A stretch of 21,773 nt of DNA from a bacterium (lineage in GTDB: Bacteria > Sysuimicrobiota > Sysuimicrobiia > Sysuimicrobiales > Humicultoraceae): the NCBI GenBank assembly GCA_041497675.1, contig JBGQGY010000058.1, positions 1 through 21,773 on the forward strand, read 5' to 3'. A model generated the notes under the pieces. The model saw nothing but the letters and a program-made list of their open reading frames with translations, was not told where the DNA came from and did not search any database. Shown here piece after piece: positions 1 through 8,486 of this stretch (position 1 is the stretch's first letter; the number at the start of each line of letters is the position of its first letter). The position numbers were made by a program, and so were the translations under genes.

Positions 1-1755
1 AAGGTCGGCGAGATGATCGTCCGGCACCCCGGTGTCCAGAAGATCGCCTTCACGGGTTCGACCGAAGTCGGCCGGATCATCCGGCGGACCACAGCCGGGA
101 CGGGGAAGAAACTATCGCTCGAACTGGGCGGCAAGTCGCCGTTCGTCGTATTCGACGACGCCGATCTCGACAGCGTGGTCGAAGGCGTGGTCGACGCGAT
201 CTGGTTCAATCAAGGACAGGTCTGCTGCGCGGGGTCGCGGCTGCTGGTGCAGGAGAGCGTCGCGGATCGCCTGGTGGCCGGCCTGCGCGCCCGCATGGAG
301 AAGCTGCGGATCGGCGACCCGCTGGACAAGGCGATCGACATCGGCGCGATCATTGCGCCGGTGCAGCTGCAAAAGATCCAACGTCTGTGCGAGACGGGCG
401 TGCAGGAAGGCGCGACGATGTGGCAACCAACGTGGGCCGTGCCGCGCGAGGGCTACTTCTTCCCTCCCACCCTCTTTACCGGCGTCGCCCCGTCGTCGAC
501 GATCGCCCAGGAAGAGATCTTCGGACCGGTGCTGGTGAGCATGACGTTTCGCACGCCGGCCGAGGCGGTCGCGCTGGCCAACAACACGCCCTATGGACTG
601 GCCGCCAGTCTCTGGACGGAAAACGTGAACCTGGCGTTGGACATCGCGCGCCAGATCAAGGCGGGCACGATCTGGATCAACAGCACGAACCTGTTCGACG
701 CTGCATCGGGCTTTGGCGGCTATCGTGAGAGCGGGTTTGGCCGCGAGGGCGGTCGCGAGGGGATGTTGGAGTATCTGAAGGCACCGGTCGCGACGCTGTC
801 TGCGGCGTCCGGGGCGGACGGCGGAACCTCTGTTCCGGATTTTGCGCTTCCCTCGCGCGGCGGTTCGGCGGAGACGCGCCCGGACGGCGGCCGCACCGGC
901 GGGCCTCGGATTGACCGATCACCGAAGATGTACGTTGGAGGCAAACAAGTTCGACCGGATCAGGGCTACACGCGTCTCGTATACGCGCCGAACGGTGAAT
1001 TGATCGGCGAAGTCGGCGAGGGCAACCGCAAGGACATCCGCAATGCGGTCGAAGCCGCGCGCGCCGCGGTGTCGTGGGGCACGACGACCTCCCACGCGCG
1101 GTCGCAGATTCTCTACTACGTTGCCGAGAATCTCGAGACCCGATCGGCGGAGTTCTCCGATCGCATCGCAAGCATGACGGGCCGCCCGCGCGCCGACGCC
1201 GACACCGAAGTCCGCACGGCCATCTCGCGGCTCTTTACCTTCGCCGCCTGGACGGACAAGTACGACGGGCAGATCCATAGCGTCAACGTCCCCCATCGCG
1301 ACCTGACCATTGCCATCCACGAGCCGCTGGGCGTGGTCGGGATCGCCTGCACCGACGAGTCGCCGCTACTGGCGCTTGTGACGCTCTTCGGTCCAGCGAT
1401 CGCGATGGGCAACACGGTCGTCGCAATCCCGTCCCAGACCCACCCGCTGGCGGCCACAGACCTCTACCAGGTGTTCGATACGTCCGACCTGCCGGGCGGC
1501 GTGGTCAACATCGTCACCGGCGACCGCCACGAACTCGCAAAGGTGCTGGCGCAGCACGACGACGTCGACGCGATGTGGTACTTCGGGTCGGCCGAGGGCA
1601 GCGCGATGGTCGAGCGCGAGTCGGCCACGAACATGAAGCAGACCTGGGTGAACTACGGACATTCGTACGATTGGATGGGCGCCTGGGCCGAAGGAGAGGA
1701 CATCCTCCGCCACGCGGTTCAGGTCAAGAACATTTGGGTCCCGTACGGCGAGTAG
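1..1755 (+). CDS. Aldehyde dehydrogenase, two-domain ALDH16-like type (5'-truncated by window edge)
   Basis: Frame is open from base 1. Motifs FTGS, LELGGKSP (catalytic Glu), FNQGQVCCAG (catalytic Cys), EEIFGP and FGGYRESGFGREGG, then a linker and a second Rossmann-like ALDH half (KMYVGGKQVRPD...VKNIWVPYGE) with no catalytic Cys domain. Confidence 0.92.
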   Translation, partial: KVGEMIVRHPGVQKIAFTGSTEVGRIIRRTTAGTGKKLSLELGGKSPFVVFDDADLDSVVEGVVDAIWFNQGQVCCAGSRLLVQESVADRLVAGLRARMEKLRIGDPLDKAIDIGAIIAPVQLQKIQRLCETGVQEGATMWQPTWAVPREGYFFPPTLFTGVAPSSTIAQEEIFGPVLVSMTFRTPAEAVALANNTPYGLAASLWTENVNLALDIARQIKAGTIWINSTNLFDAASGFGGYRESGFGREGGREGMLEYLKAPVATLSAASGADGGTSVPDFALPSRGGSAETRPDGGRTGGPRIDRSPKMYVGGKQVRPDQGYTRLVYAPNGELIGEVGEGNRKDIRNAVEAARAAVSWGTTTSHARSQILYYVAENLETRSAEFSDRIASMTGRPRADADTEVRTAISRLFTFAAWTDKYDGQIHSVNVPHRDLTIAIHEPLGVVGIACTDESPLLALVTLFGPAIAMGNTVVAIPSQTHPLAATDLYQVFDTSDLPGGVVNIVTGDRHELAKVLAQHDDVDAMWYFGSAEGSAMVERESATNMKQTWVNYGHSYDWMGAWAEGEDILRHAVQVKNIWVPYGE

Positions 1756-3239
1756 GCAGTTCCGAAGTTGACGTTCTCGTCATCGGCGGCGGGAACGCCG
1801 GCCTCTGCGCAGCGCTTGCCGCCGCGGAGGGCGGCGCGCGCGTGTTCCTCCTCGAGCGGGCTTCCGCGGACAAACGCGGCGGAAACTCGTTTATCACAGC
1901 CGGTGCGTTCCGGTTCCCCTACCGCGGAGTCGACGACGTCGCGCAAATCGTGTCGGATCCTGCGCTCCGCACGCCCGGCGCCGTCGCGATCGGTGCGTAC
2001 ACCGAAGCCGAGTTCCTCAGCGATATGCATCGCCTCACGAACGGAAAAACGGACCCGGAACTGTCTCGCGTGCTCGTCTCACAAGCGTTCCCAACAGTGA
2101 AATGGCTGCGCCGCAACGGGGTCGAGTTCGTGCTCGCCTACGATCGCCAGTCGTTCGTCGTGGACGGCCGGCACCGGTTCTGGGGAGGACTGATCGTCAA
2201 GACGCGCGGCGAGGGACCGGGGCTGATCGACGCGCTGCTCCGCGCCTGCGAGGTTGCGGGCGTGACCGTCCTCTTTGAGTCCCGGGCGACAGCCCTCACG
2301 TGGGATGGCACCCGGGGCCGCTGGCGGGTTCGAACCGAGGTCGGCGATACGACCCGCGATCACCGCGCCCGCGCCGTGGTGCTTGCGTGCGGCGGGTTCG
2401 AAGCGAATCCGCAAATGCGGCTCGCGCACCTGGGCCCGCGCTGGCAGGCTGCGAAGGTCCGCGGCACACCGTACAACGTGGGAGACGGGATCCAGATGGC
2501 ACTGGCGGTAGGGGCGCAGCCATTTGGCGATTGGAACGGGTGCCACGCGGTCGCCTGGGACGCGAACGCCCCACCGTACAACGACGAGCGTCTCGGACAG
2601 CACTTCGAGCGCGACTCGTACCCGCTGGGGATCTACGTCAACCTCCGTGGTGAACGGTTCGTGGACGAGGGCGCGGACTTCCGCAACTACACCTACGCGC
2701 GCTACGGACAGGAGATCATCCGCCAGCCTCAGGGCGTCGCGTTTCAGATCTTCGATCAGAAGGTCGTGCCGTTACTCAGGAAGCCCTACACCCTTCCCGG
2801 CACGACACGGGTCGAAGCGACCACGATCGCCGATCTCGCCCGCAACGCGGGGATCGATGCGCAAGGCCTCGAACGAACCATCGTTGCGTACAACGGCGCG
2901 GTAGACACGACGCCGTTCAACCCGGCGGTCATGGATGGCAAAACGACCCATGGGATCACGCCGCCGAAGTCGAACTGGGCGCAGCCGATCGACTCACCCC
3001 CCTACGTCTGCTTTCCGGTGACCTGCGGGATCACGTTCACCTTCGGTGGCCTGAAGATCAGCCCCGAGGCCGAAGTGATCGATTCAGACGGCCGCCCCCT
3101 CCCCGGCCTGTTTGCGTGTGGGGAGATGGTCGGAGGACTCTTCTACGACAACTACCCCGGCGGGTCGGGATTGATGTCGGGCGCGGTCTTCGGACGCGCG
3201 GCCGGCACAGCCGCCGCCTCGCTCATTCTCTCCAAGTAG
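1734..3239 (+). CDS. tcuA: FAD-dependent tricarballylate dehydrogenase TcuA-like flavoprotein (FAD_binding_2 family)
   Basis: DVLVIGGGNAG dinucleotide-binding motif, GGNS, LACGGFEAN, KVRG, RFVDEGADFRNYTYA, GITFTFGGL, GLFACGEMVGGLFYDNYPGGSGL. Start uncertain: the last in-frame start codon before the FAD motif is TTG at 1734, overlapping the ALDH end by 22 nt; the ORF-track start at 1575 lies deep in the ALDH gene. Confidence 0.82.
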   Translation: MGPVRRVGSSEVDVLVIGGGNAGLCAALAAAEGGARVFLLERASADKRGGNSFITAGAFRFPYRGVDDVAQIVSDPALRTPGAVAIGAYTEAEFLSDMHRLTNGKTDPELSRVLVSQAFPTVKWLRRNGVEFVLAYDRQSFVVDGRHRFWGGLIVKTRGEGPGLIDALLRACEVAGVTVLFESRATALTWDGTRGRWRVRTEVGDTTRDHRARAVVLACGGFEANPQMRLAHLGPRWQAAKVRGTPYNVGDGIQMALAVGAQPFGDWNGCHAVAWDANAPPYNDERLGQHFERDSYPLGIYVNLRGERFVDEGADFRNYTYARYGQEIIRQPQGVAFQIFDQKVVPLLRKPYTLPGTTRVEATTIADLARNAGIDAQGLERTIVAYNGAVDTTPFNPAVMDGKTTHGITPPKSNWAQPIDSPPYVCFPVTCGITFTFGGLKISPEAEVIDSDGRPLPGLFACGEMVGGLFYDNYPGGSGLMSGAVFGRAAGTAAASLILSK

Positions 3240-3251
3240 CCTGCGCAGGGG

Positions 3252-3292
3252 CGGCCGCGCCTTGCGGCGAAGCGGCCGAGGTCCACGCAAGG
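3252..3292 (+). other. GC-rich intergenic stem-loop(s) between tcuA-like and M20 genes
   Basis: CGGCCGC (3252-3258) pairs with GCGGCCG (3272-3278); alternatively CCTTGCG (3260-3266) pairs with CGCAAGG (3286-3292). No U-tract, so not called a terminator. Confidence 0.35.
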
Positions 3293-3330
3293 TATTCGAG
3301 AGTCCAGCGGAGCCAGGGGACCTCATCACA

Positions 3331-4599
3331 ATGGCCAGCGCCGATGCCGTCAAAGCGCGCGTCCTTCAAGAGATCGACCGGCGGGCCGAGGAGTACGTCG
3401 ACCTGTGCTGCCGCCTCGTCCGATTCAACACCGAGAACCCACCCGGCAACAACACGATCGAGATCGCGGACTTTACCGCCGAGCTGATTCGCCGGCGCGG
3501 TATCAGCGTGCACCGCGTCGAGCCTCAGCCCGGCGTTGTGAGCCTGGCCGCAACCATCGAGGGCCGGCGCCCCAACCCGCACTTTGTCCTGAACGGCCAC
3601 TTCGACGTGTTTCCCGCGGATGATCCGAGCCTTTGGGAGTACCCGCCGTTCGCCGGTGAGGTCCGCGACGGCAGGATCCTCGGGCGCGGAGTCGCCGACA
3701 TGAAGGCCGGCACGGCCGCGTCGCTGTGCGCGTTCCTCACCGTGCGCGATCTTGGGCTCGATCTTCCCGGCCGGCTCACTCTCACCCTCGTGTCGGATGA
3801 AGAGACCGGAGGCCGATTGGGGACGGACTGGCTCCTCTCCCACAACGCCGATCTCGCCGGCGACGGTTGTCTGATCGGCGAACCCTGCGGACCCGACGCG
3901 GTGCGGGTCGGCGAGAAGGGTCTGTGCTGGATGCGGCTCACGGCCGCCGGGGAGTCGTTCCACTCGTCGTTCTCGACCGGCGAGAACGCCATCACCCGCC
4001 TGGCGAGCGCACTCGATGTGATCAAGACCGTCACAAGCGAGCGGGGGACCACCCCCGACGACATGCGGGATGTGATCGAGGCCGCCAAGCGACAAGACCT
4101 CACGCGCCACCTGACCGGCAAGACACAACTGCTCGAGCAGCCGTCCTTGAACGTCGGCATGATCCGCGGGGGTATCAAGGTCAACATCGTCCCGCGGACC
4201 TGTGAAGCCGATCTCGATGTGCGGCTGCCGCTCGGCATGGACCCCGAGCGCACCTGTGCCATGCTGCAAGAGCGGCTCCGCGCCGCGGGGTTCGGCGACG
4301 TCACGCTCGCTCTCATGATGAGCAGCGTTCCGAGCTACACGCCCCCCAACTCACCGCTGGCGCAAATGGTATGGCGCAACGCAACGGCGGTGCGGGGCGC
4401 GGCGCCCGTTTTCACGATGACGACCGCTGGGACCGACGGGCGCTACTACCGCGCGCGAGGCGTGCCGACGGTGATCTACGGCCCGCGGCCGTACAACATC
4501 GCGGCGCTCAACGAGTCTGTGCCGGTGGACGAATATCTGACGGTCTTGAAGGTGCACGCGGCAACGGCTGTCGATTTTCTGTGGCTAGGACAAGCATAG
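3331..4599 (+). CDS. M20 family metallo-amidohydrolase (ArgE/DapE-like)
   Basis: TENPPG, NGHFDV, GRGVADMKAG, SDEETGG, IGEP, NVGMIRGGIKVNIVP, GTDGRY motifs. ATG at 3331 preceded by AGGGGA. Confidence 0.9.
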   Translation: MASADAVKARVLQEIDRRAEEYVDLCCRLVRFNTENPPGNNTIEIADFTAELIRRRGISVHRVEPQPGVVSLAATIEGRRPNPHFVLNGHFDVFPADDPSLWEYPPFAGEVRDGRILGRGVADMKAGTAASLCAFLTVRDLGLDLPGRLTLTLVSDEETGGRLGTDWLLSHNADLAGDGCLIGEPCGPDAVRVGEKGLCWMRLTAAGESFHSSFSTGENAITRLASALDVIKTVTSERGTTPDDMRDVIEAAKRQDLTRHLTGKTQLLEQPSLNVGMIRGGIKVNIVPRTCEADLDVRLPLGMDPERTCAMLQERLRAAGFGDVTLALMMSSVPSYTPPNSPLAQMVWRNATAVRGAAPVFTMTTAGTDGRYYRARGVPTVIYGPRPYNIAALNESVPVDEYLTVLKVHAATAVDFLWLGQA

Positions 4600-4604
4600 C
4601 GCGT

Positions 4605-5771
4605 CTAGCCGATGCGTACCTGACGCGTGACCTGTCCGTTGCTCTCCCAATAGGTGCGCTTTTTTGTGATGCGGGGATGATCGGCCGCCGGCTGCATGTT
4701 TCCCCGTGTGTCGAAGGCCCGAGAGGTAATCCTGTACTCCCCTGGGGAGGCATTGTTCCAGTCAAGGTGCCAGAAGTCCCACGCGAACTCGGCTCTCTGG
4801 CCCCGATCGATCGTCGCCGGTATCCACGGCCCGCCGTCGATTTGCACATCGACTCGCGAAATGGGGGCACCCCAGGCCGCACCGACGATTCGATGCCTGC
4901 CGTCCTTGCGCGTGACTTTGGCGGGCACAGACTTCAGTAACGCCCGACCCACAGACGTTTCGGCCCAGACCGTTTCGCCACCGCGTTGCTCTTCGCGGAT
5001 CGTCACGTAGTCTCTGGCCATGAAGCGTCCCATAAAACGCGTATCGCGTACCTCGATCCGCCTCAGCCACTTGACGTTGGCGACCCCGTACCAGCCCGGG
5101 GCAATCAACCGCAGAGGAAACCCGTTGGGCCGAGGCAGCGGCGTCCCATTCATCTCATAGCACAGCAGGTTGCGGGGGTTCATGGCGTCGGCAAGCGACA
5201 TGCTCCGCGCGAAGTGCTGCGGCATCTTGATCTGGCGAACTTCCTCTTCGCCCGCGTCGCTGCCCCAAAAGACCACCTCGATGCCTCTCCCCTGAACCCC
5301 CGCTTCTTGCAGAACCGACGCGAGCGAGGTGCCCGCCCACCTTGCGGTTCCGATGCCGGTGGTGAACCATGGGAACCCGTGATTGCCGGAACATTCGAGC
5401 GTGAAGATGACCTCTTGCCGGGGTCGGGCCTTGAGCTGGGACAGCGTCAAGACCCTGGGGCGATTCACGAGACCCGTGATCTGCAGCGCCCACGATTTCT
5501 CATCGACGGCGGGTCTGTTGTAGTGCGCGACGCTGAAGAATTTGTCGTTGGGCGTCAGCCACGAAGAGGCGAGATCTTCCCACCGGGGCAAATTCGTGAC
5601 GACACCGCCGCTTGGGTTCGCCGGGGGTTGATCCAGCCACGGAATGACTTCTTCCCCGGGTTGGCTCTGGAGCGCCTGAGCAAGCAAGGGTGACTGGAGT
5701 AACACCAGCCCCGCGAGCACCGAGCTGCCTTGCTGCAACAGTTTTCGGCGGGAAATCTCACCTGTGGCCAT
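4605..5771 (-). CDS. Tat-exported sulfite oxidase family molybdopterin oxidoreductase (SorA/SoxC-like, with C-terminal dimerisation domain)
   Basis: Twin-arginine signal SRRKLL followed by a hydrophobic stretch; TLECSGN (Mo-ligand Cys), YEMNG, GFPLRLIAPGWYG, VKWL; Ig-like C-terminal domain (GAAWG...VQIDGGPW...SRAFD). Strong SD AAGGAGG 8 nt before ATG. Confidence 0.9.
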   Translation of the reverse strand: MATGEISRRKLLQQGSSVLAGLVLLQSPLLAQALQSQPGEEVIPWLDQPPANPSGGVVTNLPRWEDLASSWLTPNDKFFSVAHYNRPAVDEKSWALQITGLVNRPRVLTLSQLKARPRQEVIFTLECSGNHGFPWFTTGIGTARWAGTSLASVLQEAGVQGRGIEVVFWGSDAGEEEVRQIKMPQHFARSMSLADAMNPRNLLCYEMNGTPLPRPNGFPLRLIAPGWYGVANVKWLRRIEVRDTRFMGRFMARDYVTIREEQRGGETVWAETSVGRALLKSVPAKVTRKDGRHRIVGAAWGAPISRVDVQIDGGPWIPATIDRGQRAEFAWDFWHLDWNNASPGEYRITSRAFDTRGNMQPAADHPRITKKRTYWESNGQVTRQVRIG

Positions 5772-5800
5772 TCAACGGGCCTCCTTTTCTCGTTCCGCCC

Positions 5801-6025
5801 CTAAGGACCGACGACAAAGTCGAACGGGCTCGACTGCTGTCTTGCGGCATCGTCACCCGGCAGTGGATCAAGGATGGTGGTGAACTGGTTCCTGTAGAGC
5901 GGAAACACGATCCGCTGGTCAGCCAGCGTCTGAGTCGTCTGGACGAGCGTCGCGACCGCGACACCCAGAGCCACTACGAGGGTGGCCAGAATTAGGACAA
6001 GCGCGGAATGCTTCGGGAGTCGCAT
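5801..6025 (-). CDS. Small (74 aa) secreted or membrane-anchored hypothetical protein
   Basis: MRLPKH followed by a ~20-residue hydrophobic segment and TLA|D, a possible signal-peptidase site. Fills the gap between the LuxR and sulfite-oxidase genes on the same strand; GGTGGA SD-like sequence 5 nt upstream of ATG. Confidence 0.55.
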   Translation of the reverse strand: MRLPKHSALVLILATLVVALGVAVATLVQTTQTLADQRIVFPLYRNQFTTILDPLPGDDAARQQSSPFDFVVGP

Positions 6026-6030
6026 CTCAA

Positions 6031-6068
6031 TCCACCGATCCAATGACACGAGCATACGGATCGGTGGA
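6031..6068 (-). repeat. Perfect 11-bp inverted repeat with 16-nt loop
   Basis: TCCACCGATCC (6031-6041) and GGATCGGTGGA (6058-6068), read directly from the sequence. Confidence 0.85.
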
Positions 6069-6094
6069 CCGCGTGACATCCGGAGGATACCCTA
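6051..6094 (-). promoter_or_regulatory. Putative activator-dependent promoter: -10 TATGCT plus upstream site centred near -42
   Basis: Minus strand reads TAGGGTATCCTCCGGATG (6094-6077), 20 nt, TATGCT (6056-6051). No consensus -35; lies immediately downstream of a LuxR-type gene. Confidence 0.4.
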
Positions 6095-8443
6095 GGGCGT
6101 TCGAACTGACCCGTGCGCGGCCGTCCAGGCGGCGATCTGCGATCGAGAGTGAAACCCCAGTTTGTTCATGATGTTTTGGACGTGGGCGCCCACCGTCTTC
6201 TCCGTGATCCCCAACGTCGCACCGATCGTTCGGTTCGTGTGTCCCCCTGCAACCAGCGTTGCGATCTCTCGCTCTCGCCCGGAGAGTATCGACGACGGCT
6301 TTGGGCTAGTGGGTGCTCTTGATGGCTCGGACGTATCGGCACGGCGCGGCGCCGGTTCGAGCGCGTAGTCGATTGTCTCGGCGAGCGACATCGCCTGGCC
6401 TGCCGTCCAGGCACGTTCGAACGCGCCCTCACCAAGCCCCGTCCGAGCGGCAGTAACGGCCAGATCAAGGCTGGTGCGTCTCCAGCCGACCGGGACCACC
6501 GCAAATCGTTCTCTTAAGCTCTCGGCAGCCCCGAGCAGTGTTGCTGCCCGCACAAACTCACCCCGCGCAGACAGTGCGCGTGAGAGCTCCACCGTCAGCC
6601 ATATAATGATGAACGGGAAATTTCCTTGGCGCGCGTGCGCCAGGCCGTCCCTGAGGAGTACCTCTGCCTGCTCAGGTCTCCCCTCTGCAAGCGCCACCAT
6701 TCCCAATTGCGCGAGTATGAAACTCGTCATATAAGGGTTATTCAAACTCAAGGCCAGGGCCAGCCCCTCGTTGAGCAGCGCTGTCGCCCGCGGGAGATCG
6801 CCGCGGAGATAGACGGTTCCCCCCAGCGTACTCAGCGTCCTGGACAAGGGCGTCATGTATGCGAGCGTGCGAGACAACGGCAACGCCTCCTCGAAATACG
6901 CGATTGCCGTATTCAGCTCACCACCGTGTTCTGCGATCTCTCCCGAGACGAGCAGAGAGAGCACGATGGCATCACTCTTGCCCAGAATCCTGGCAAGCCT
7001 GAGGCTCTCCGCCGCGAGAGGTGCACCCGCCTGGAGATCGCCCTGCAAGAGGGCCCCCAACGCGGCTACGCGTGATGCATTCCAGCGTGGCTTGGACGGC
7101 TCCGTTCGAGCCGCATTAAGAGACATCTTCAACAGGTCACGAATCTCTCGGAAGTGCCCCTGACTGTTCCACACCCAGTGTGCCGACCCGGAGAGGCGGA
7201 GCGCGCTTTCGGCTTCGCCATTGGCGAGAAACCACTCGACACCCGCCCGCAGATTGTGGCGATCCGGTTCAAGCCGATCCCCCCGGTAGTGGGTCATCAG
7301 ACCAGGCTCGGCACGCTCTGCCAGTTCCAGAAAGAATCTGGCATGAGCCTTTTGGACGTCGGTTAGCTCCCCGCCGGCCTTCAATTGTTCCAAACCAAAC
7401 TCGCGAAGGCTCTCCAGCAGACCGAATCGTGGCTCGTCGCCTTTCTCTGCGAGCTTTCTGACCAGGTGCCTGTCGACAAGAGCGCTGAGAGCATCCAGGA
7501 CGTCGACCCCGATGTCGCCAGCAACATCGCACACTTCCTGAATGGCCTCCAGACTCGCGCTGCCCGCAAAGACAGCCAATCGACGAAACAGTGCCTGCTC
7601 GCGCGGCGTGAGCAGATAGTAGCTCCACGCGATCGCGTCTCGGAGCGTCTGGTGCCGGGCCGGCGCGTCTCGCGGGCCGGTCGTCAGCAGGATCAGTCGC
7701 TGCTCGAGTCGTTCTAGTATCTCCTGCGGTTCGAACATGCTGACTTTGGCGGCGGCAAGTTCGATGGCCAGCGGGAGGCCGTCGAGACGGACGCAAATCT
7801 CCGCGACAGCGCCGGCGTTGCGGTCTGTCAGGAGGAAATTCTGCGTGGTGGCCCTCGCGCGTTCCACGAATAGGCGCACCGCAGGCGATCGCAGGATCGC
7901 GTCGGCAGAACCGTAGTCGCGGCGATTAGGGAGGCCAAGCGGTGCAACCTCAAAACGATGTTCCCATCGCAGTCGCAGGGGCTCTCGGCTAGTGACAATG
8001 ATGTGAATACCGGCACCCGCACCCAAGAGTTCAGAGATGTCTGTTGCCGCATCAATCACGTGCTCAAAGTTGTCCAGAATGACAAGGGTGCGCTTCTTGT
8101 GCAGGTATCGCCGGAGCCGGGCGGTCGTCGGTTCGCGCGTCGTGTCGGACAGACCAAAGGATCGAGCGATGGCTTGCGTGACGAATGACGGATCGGTCAC
8201 GGTGGTGAGGTCGACGAACAACACGCCATCGTGAAACTCGGCCGCAACGCCAGCCGCAACTTCAACGGCAAGGCGCGTCTTGCCGATCCCGGGTGGACCG
8301 ACGAAGGTGAGCAACCGGACATGGTCGGCCAGCAACTGCTGCCTGGCCGCCGCGATCTCGCCGTCCCGACCGATCAAGGGTGTCGGACGCGGCGGCAGAT
8401 CGTGGTGAGGGTCCTTATCGGCTGGCGGCTCGCGACCAGGCAT
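6092..8443 (-). CDS. STAND-type ATPase / TPR / LuxR-HTH transcriptional regulator
   Basis: LPPRPTPLIGR, Walker A GPPGIGKT, Walker B VILDNFEH, VTSRE, RLDGLPLAIELAAA, RHQTLRDAIAWSY, helical TPR-like repeats, C-terminal LSGREREIATLVAGGHTNRTIG...HVQNIMNKLG. ATG at 8443 preferred over TTG at 8473. Confidence 0.93.
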   Translation of the reverse strand: MPGREPPADKDPHHDLPPRPTPLIGRDGEIAAARQQLLADHVRLLTFVGPPGIGKTRLAVEVAAGVAAEFHDGVLFVDLTTVTDPSFVTQAIARSFGLSDTTREPTTARLRRYLHKKRTLVILDNFEHVIDAATDISELLGAGAGIHIIVTSREPLRLRWEHRFEVAPLGLPNRRDYGSADAILRSPAVRLFVERARATTQNFLLTDRNAGAVAEICVRLDGLPLAIELAAAKVSMFEPQEILERLEQRLILLTTGPRDAPARHQTLRDAIAWSYYLLTPREQALFRRLAVFAGSASLEAIQEVCDVAGDIGVDVLDALSALVDRHLVRKLAEKGDEPRFGLLESLREFGLEQLKAGGELTDVQKAHARFFLELAERAEPGLMTHYRGDRLEPDRHNLRAGVEWFLANGEAESALRLSGSAHWVWNSQGHFREIRDLLKMSLNAARTEPSKPRWNASRVAALGALLQGDLQAGAPLAAESLRLARILGKSDAIVLSLLVSGEIAEHGGELNTAIAYFEEALPLSRTLAYMTPLSRTLSTLGGTVYLRGDLPRATALLNEGLALALSLNNPYMTSFILAQLGMVALAEGRPEQAEVLLRDGLAHARQGNFPFIIIWLTVELSRALSARGEFVRAATLLGAAESLRERFAVVPVGWRRTSLDLAVTAARTGLGEGAFERAWTAGQAMSLAETIDYALEPAPRRADTSEPSRAPTSPKPSSILSGREREIATLVAGGHTNRTIGATLGITEKTVGAHVQNIMNKLGFHSRSQIAAWTAAHGSVRTP

Positions 8444-8458
8444 GCGGGTATCGTAGCA
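8443..8458 (-). promoter_or_regulatory. Extended -10 promoter, probably leaderless transcript for the LuxR-type regulator
   Basis: Minus strand TGC-TACGAT-ACCCGC-ATG; no SD present. Confidence 0.55.
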
Positions 8459-8486
8459 TGCGACACCTGGCAAGGACTGGAGCCGG

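Noticed and set aside
1575..1733. N-terminal extension of the TcuA-like ORF (also 3262-3330, 9354-9401 and 20483-20575 extensions of other ORFs)
   Set aside because: Longest-ORF artefacts: they overlap neighbouring genes or lie upstream of better-supported starts.
3259..3292. Dispersed REP-like repeat shared with 20796-20817 (GCCTTGCGG...GAGGTCC similarity on the opposite strand)
   Set aside because: Only two short gapped matches in GC-rich DNA; not distinguishable from chance.
6092..8443. Antiviral STAND (Avs) defence NTPase
   Set aside because: The C-terminal LuxR HTH and absence of a nuclease or other effector domain indicate an ordinary transcriptional regulator.
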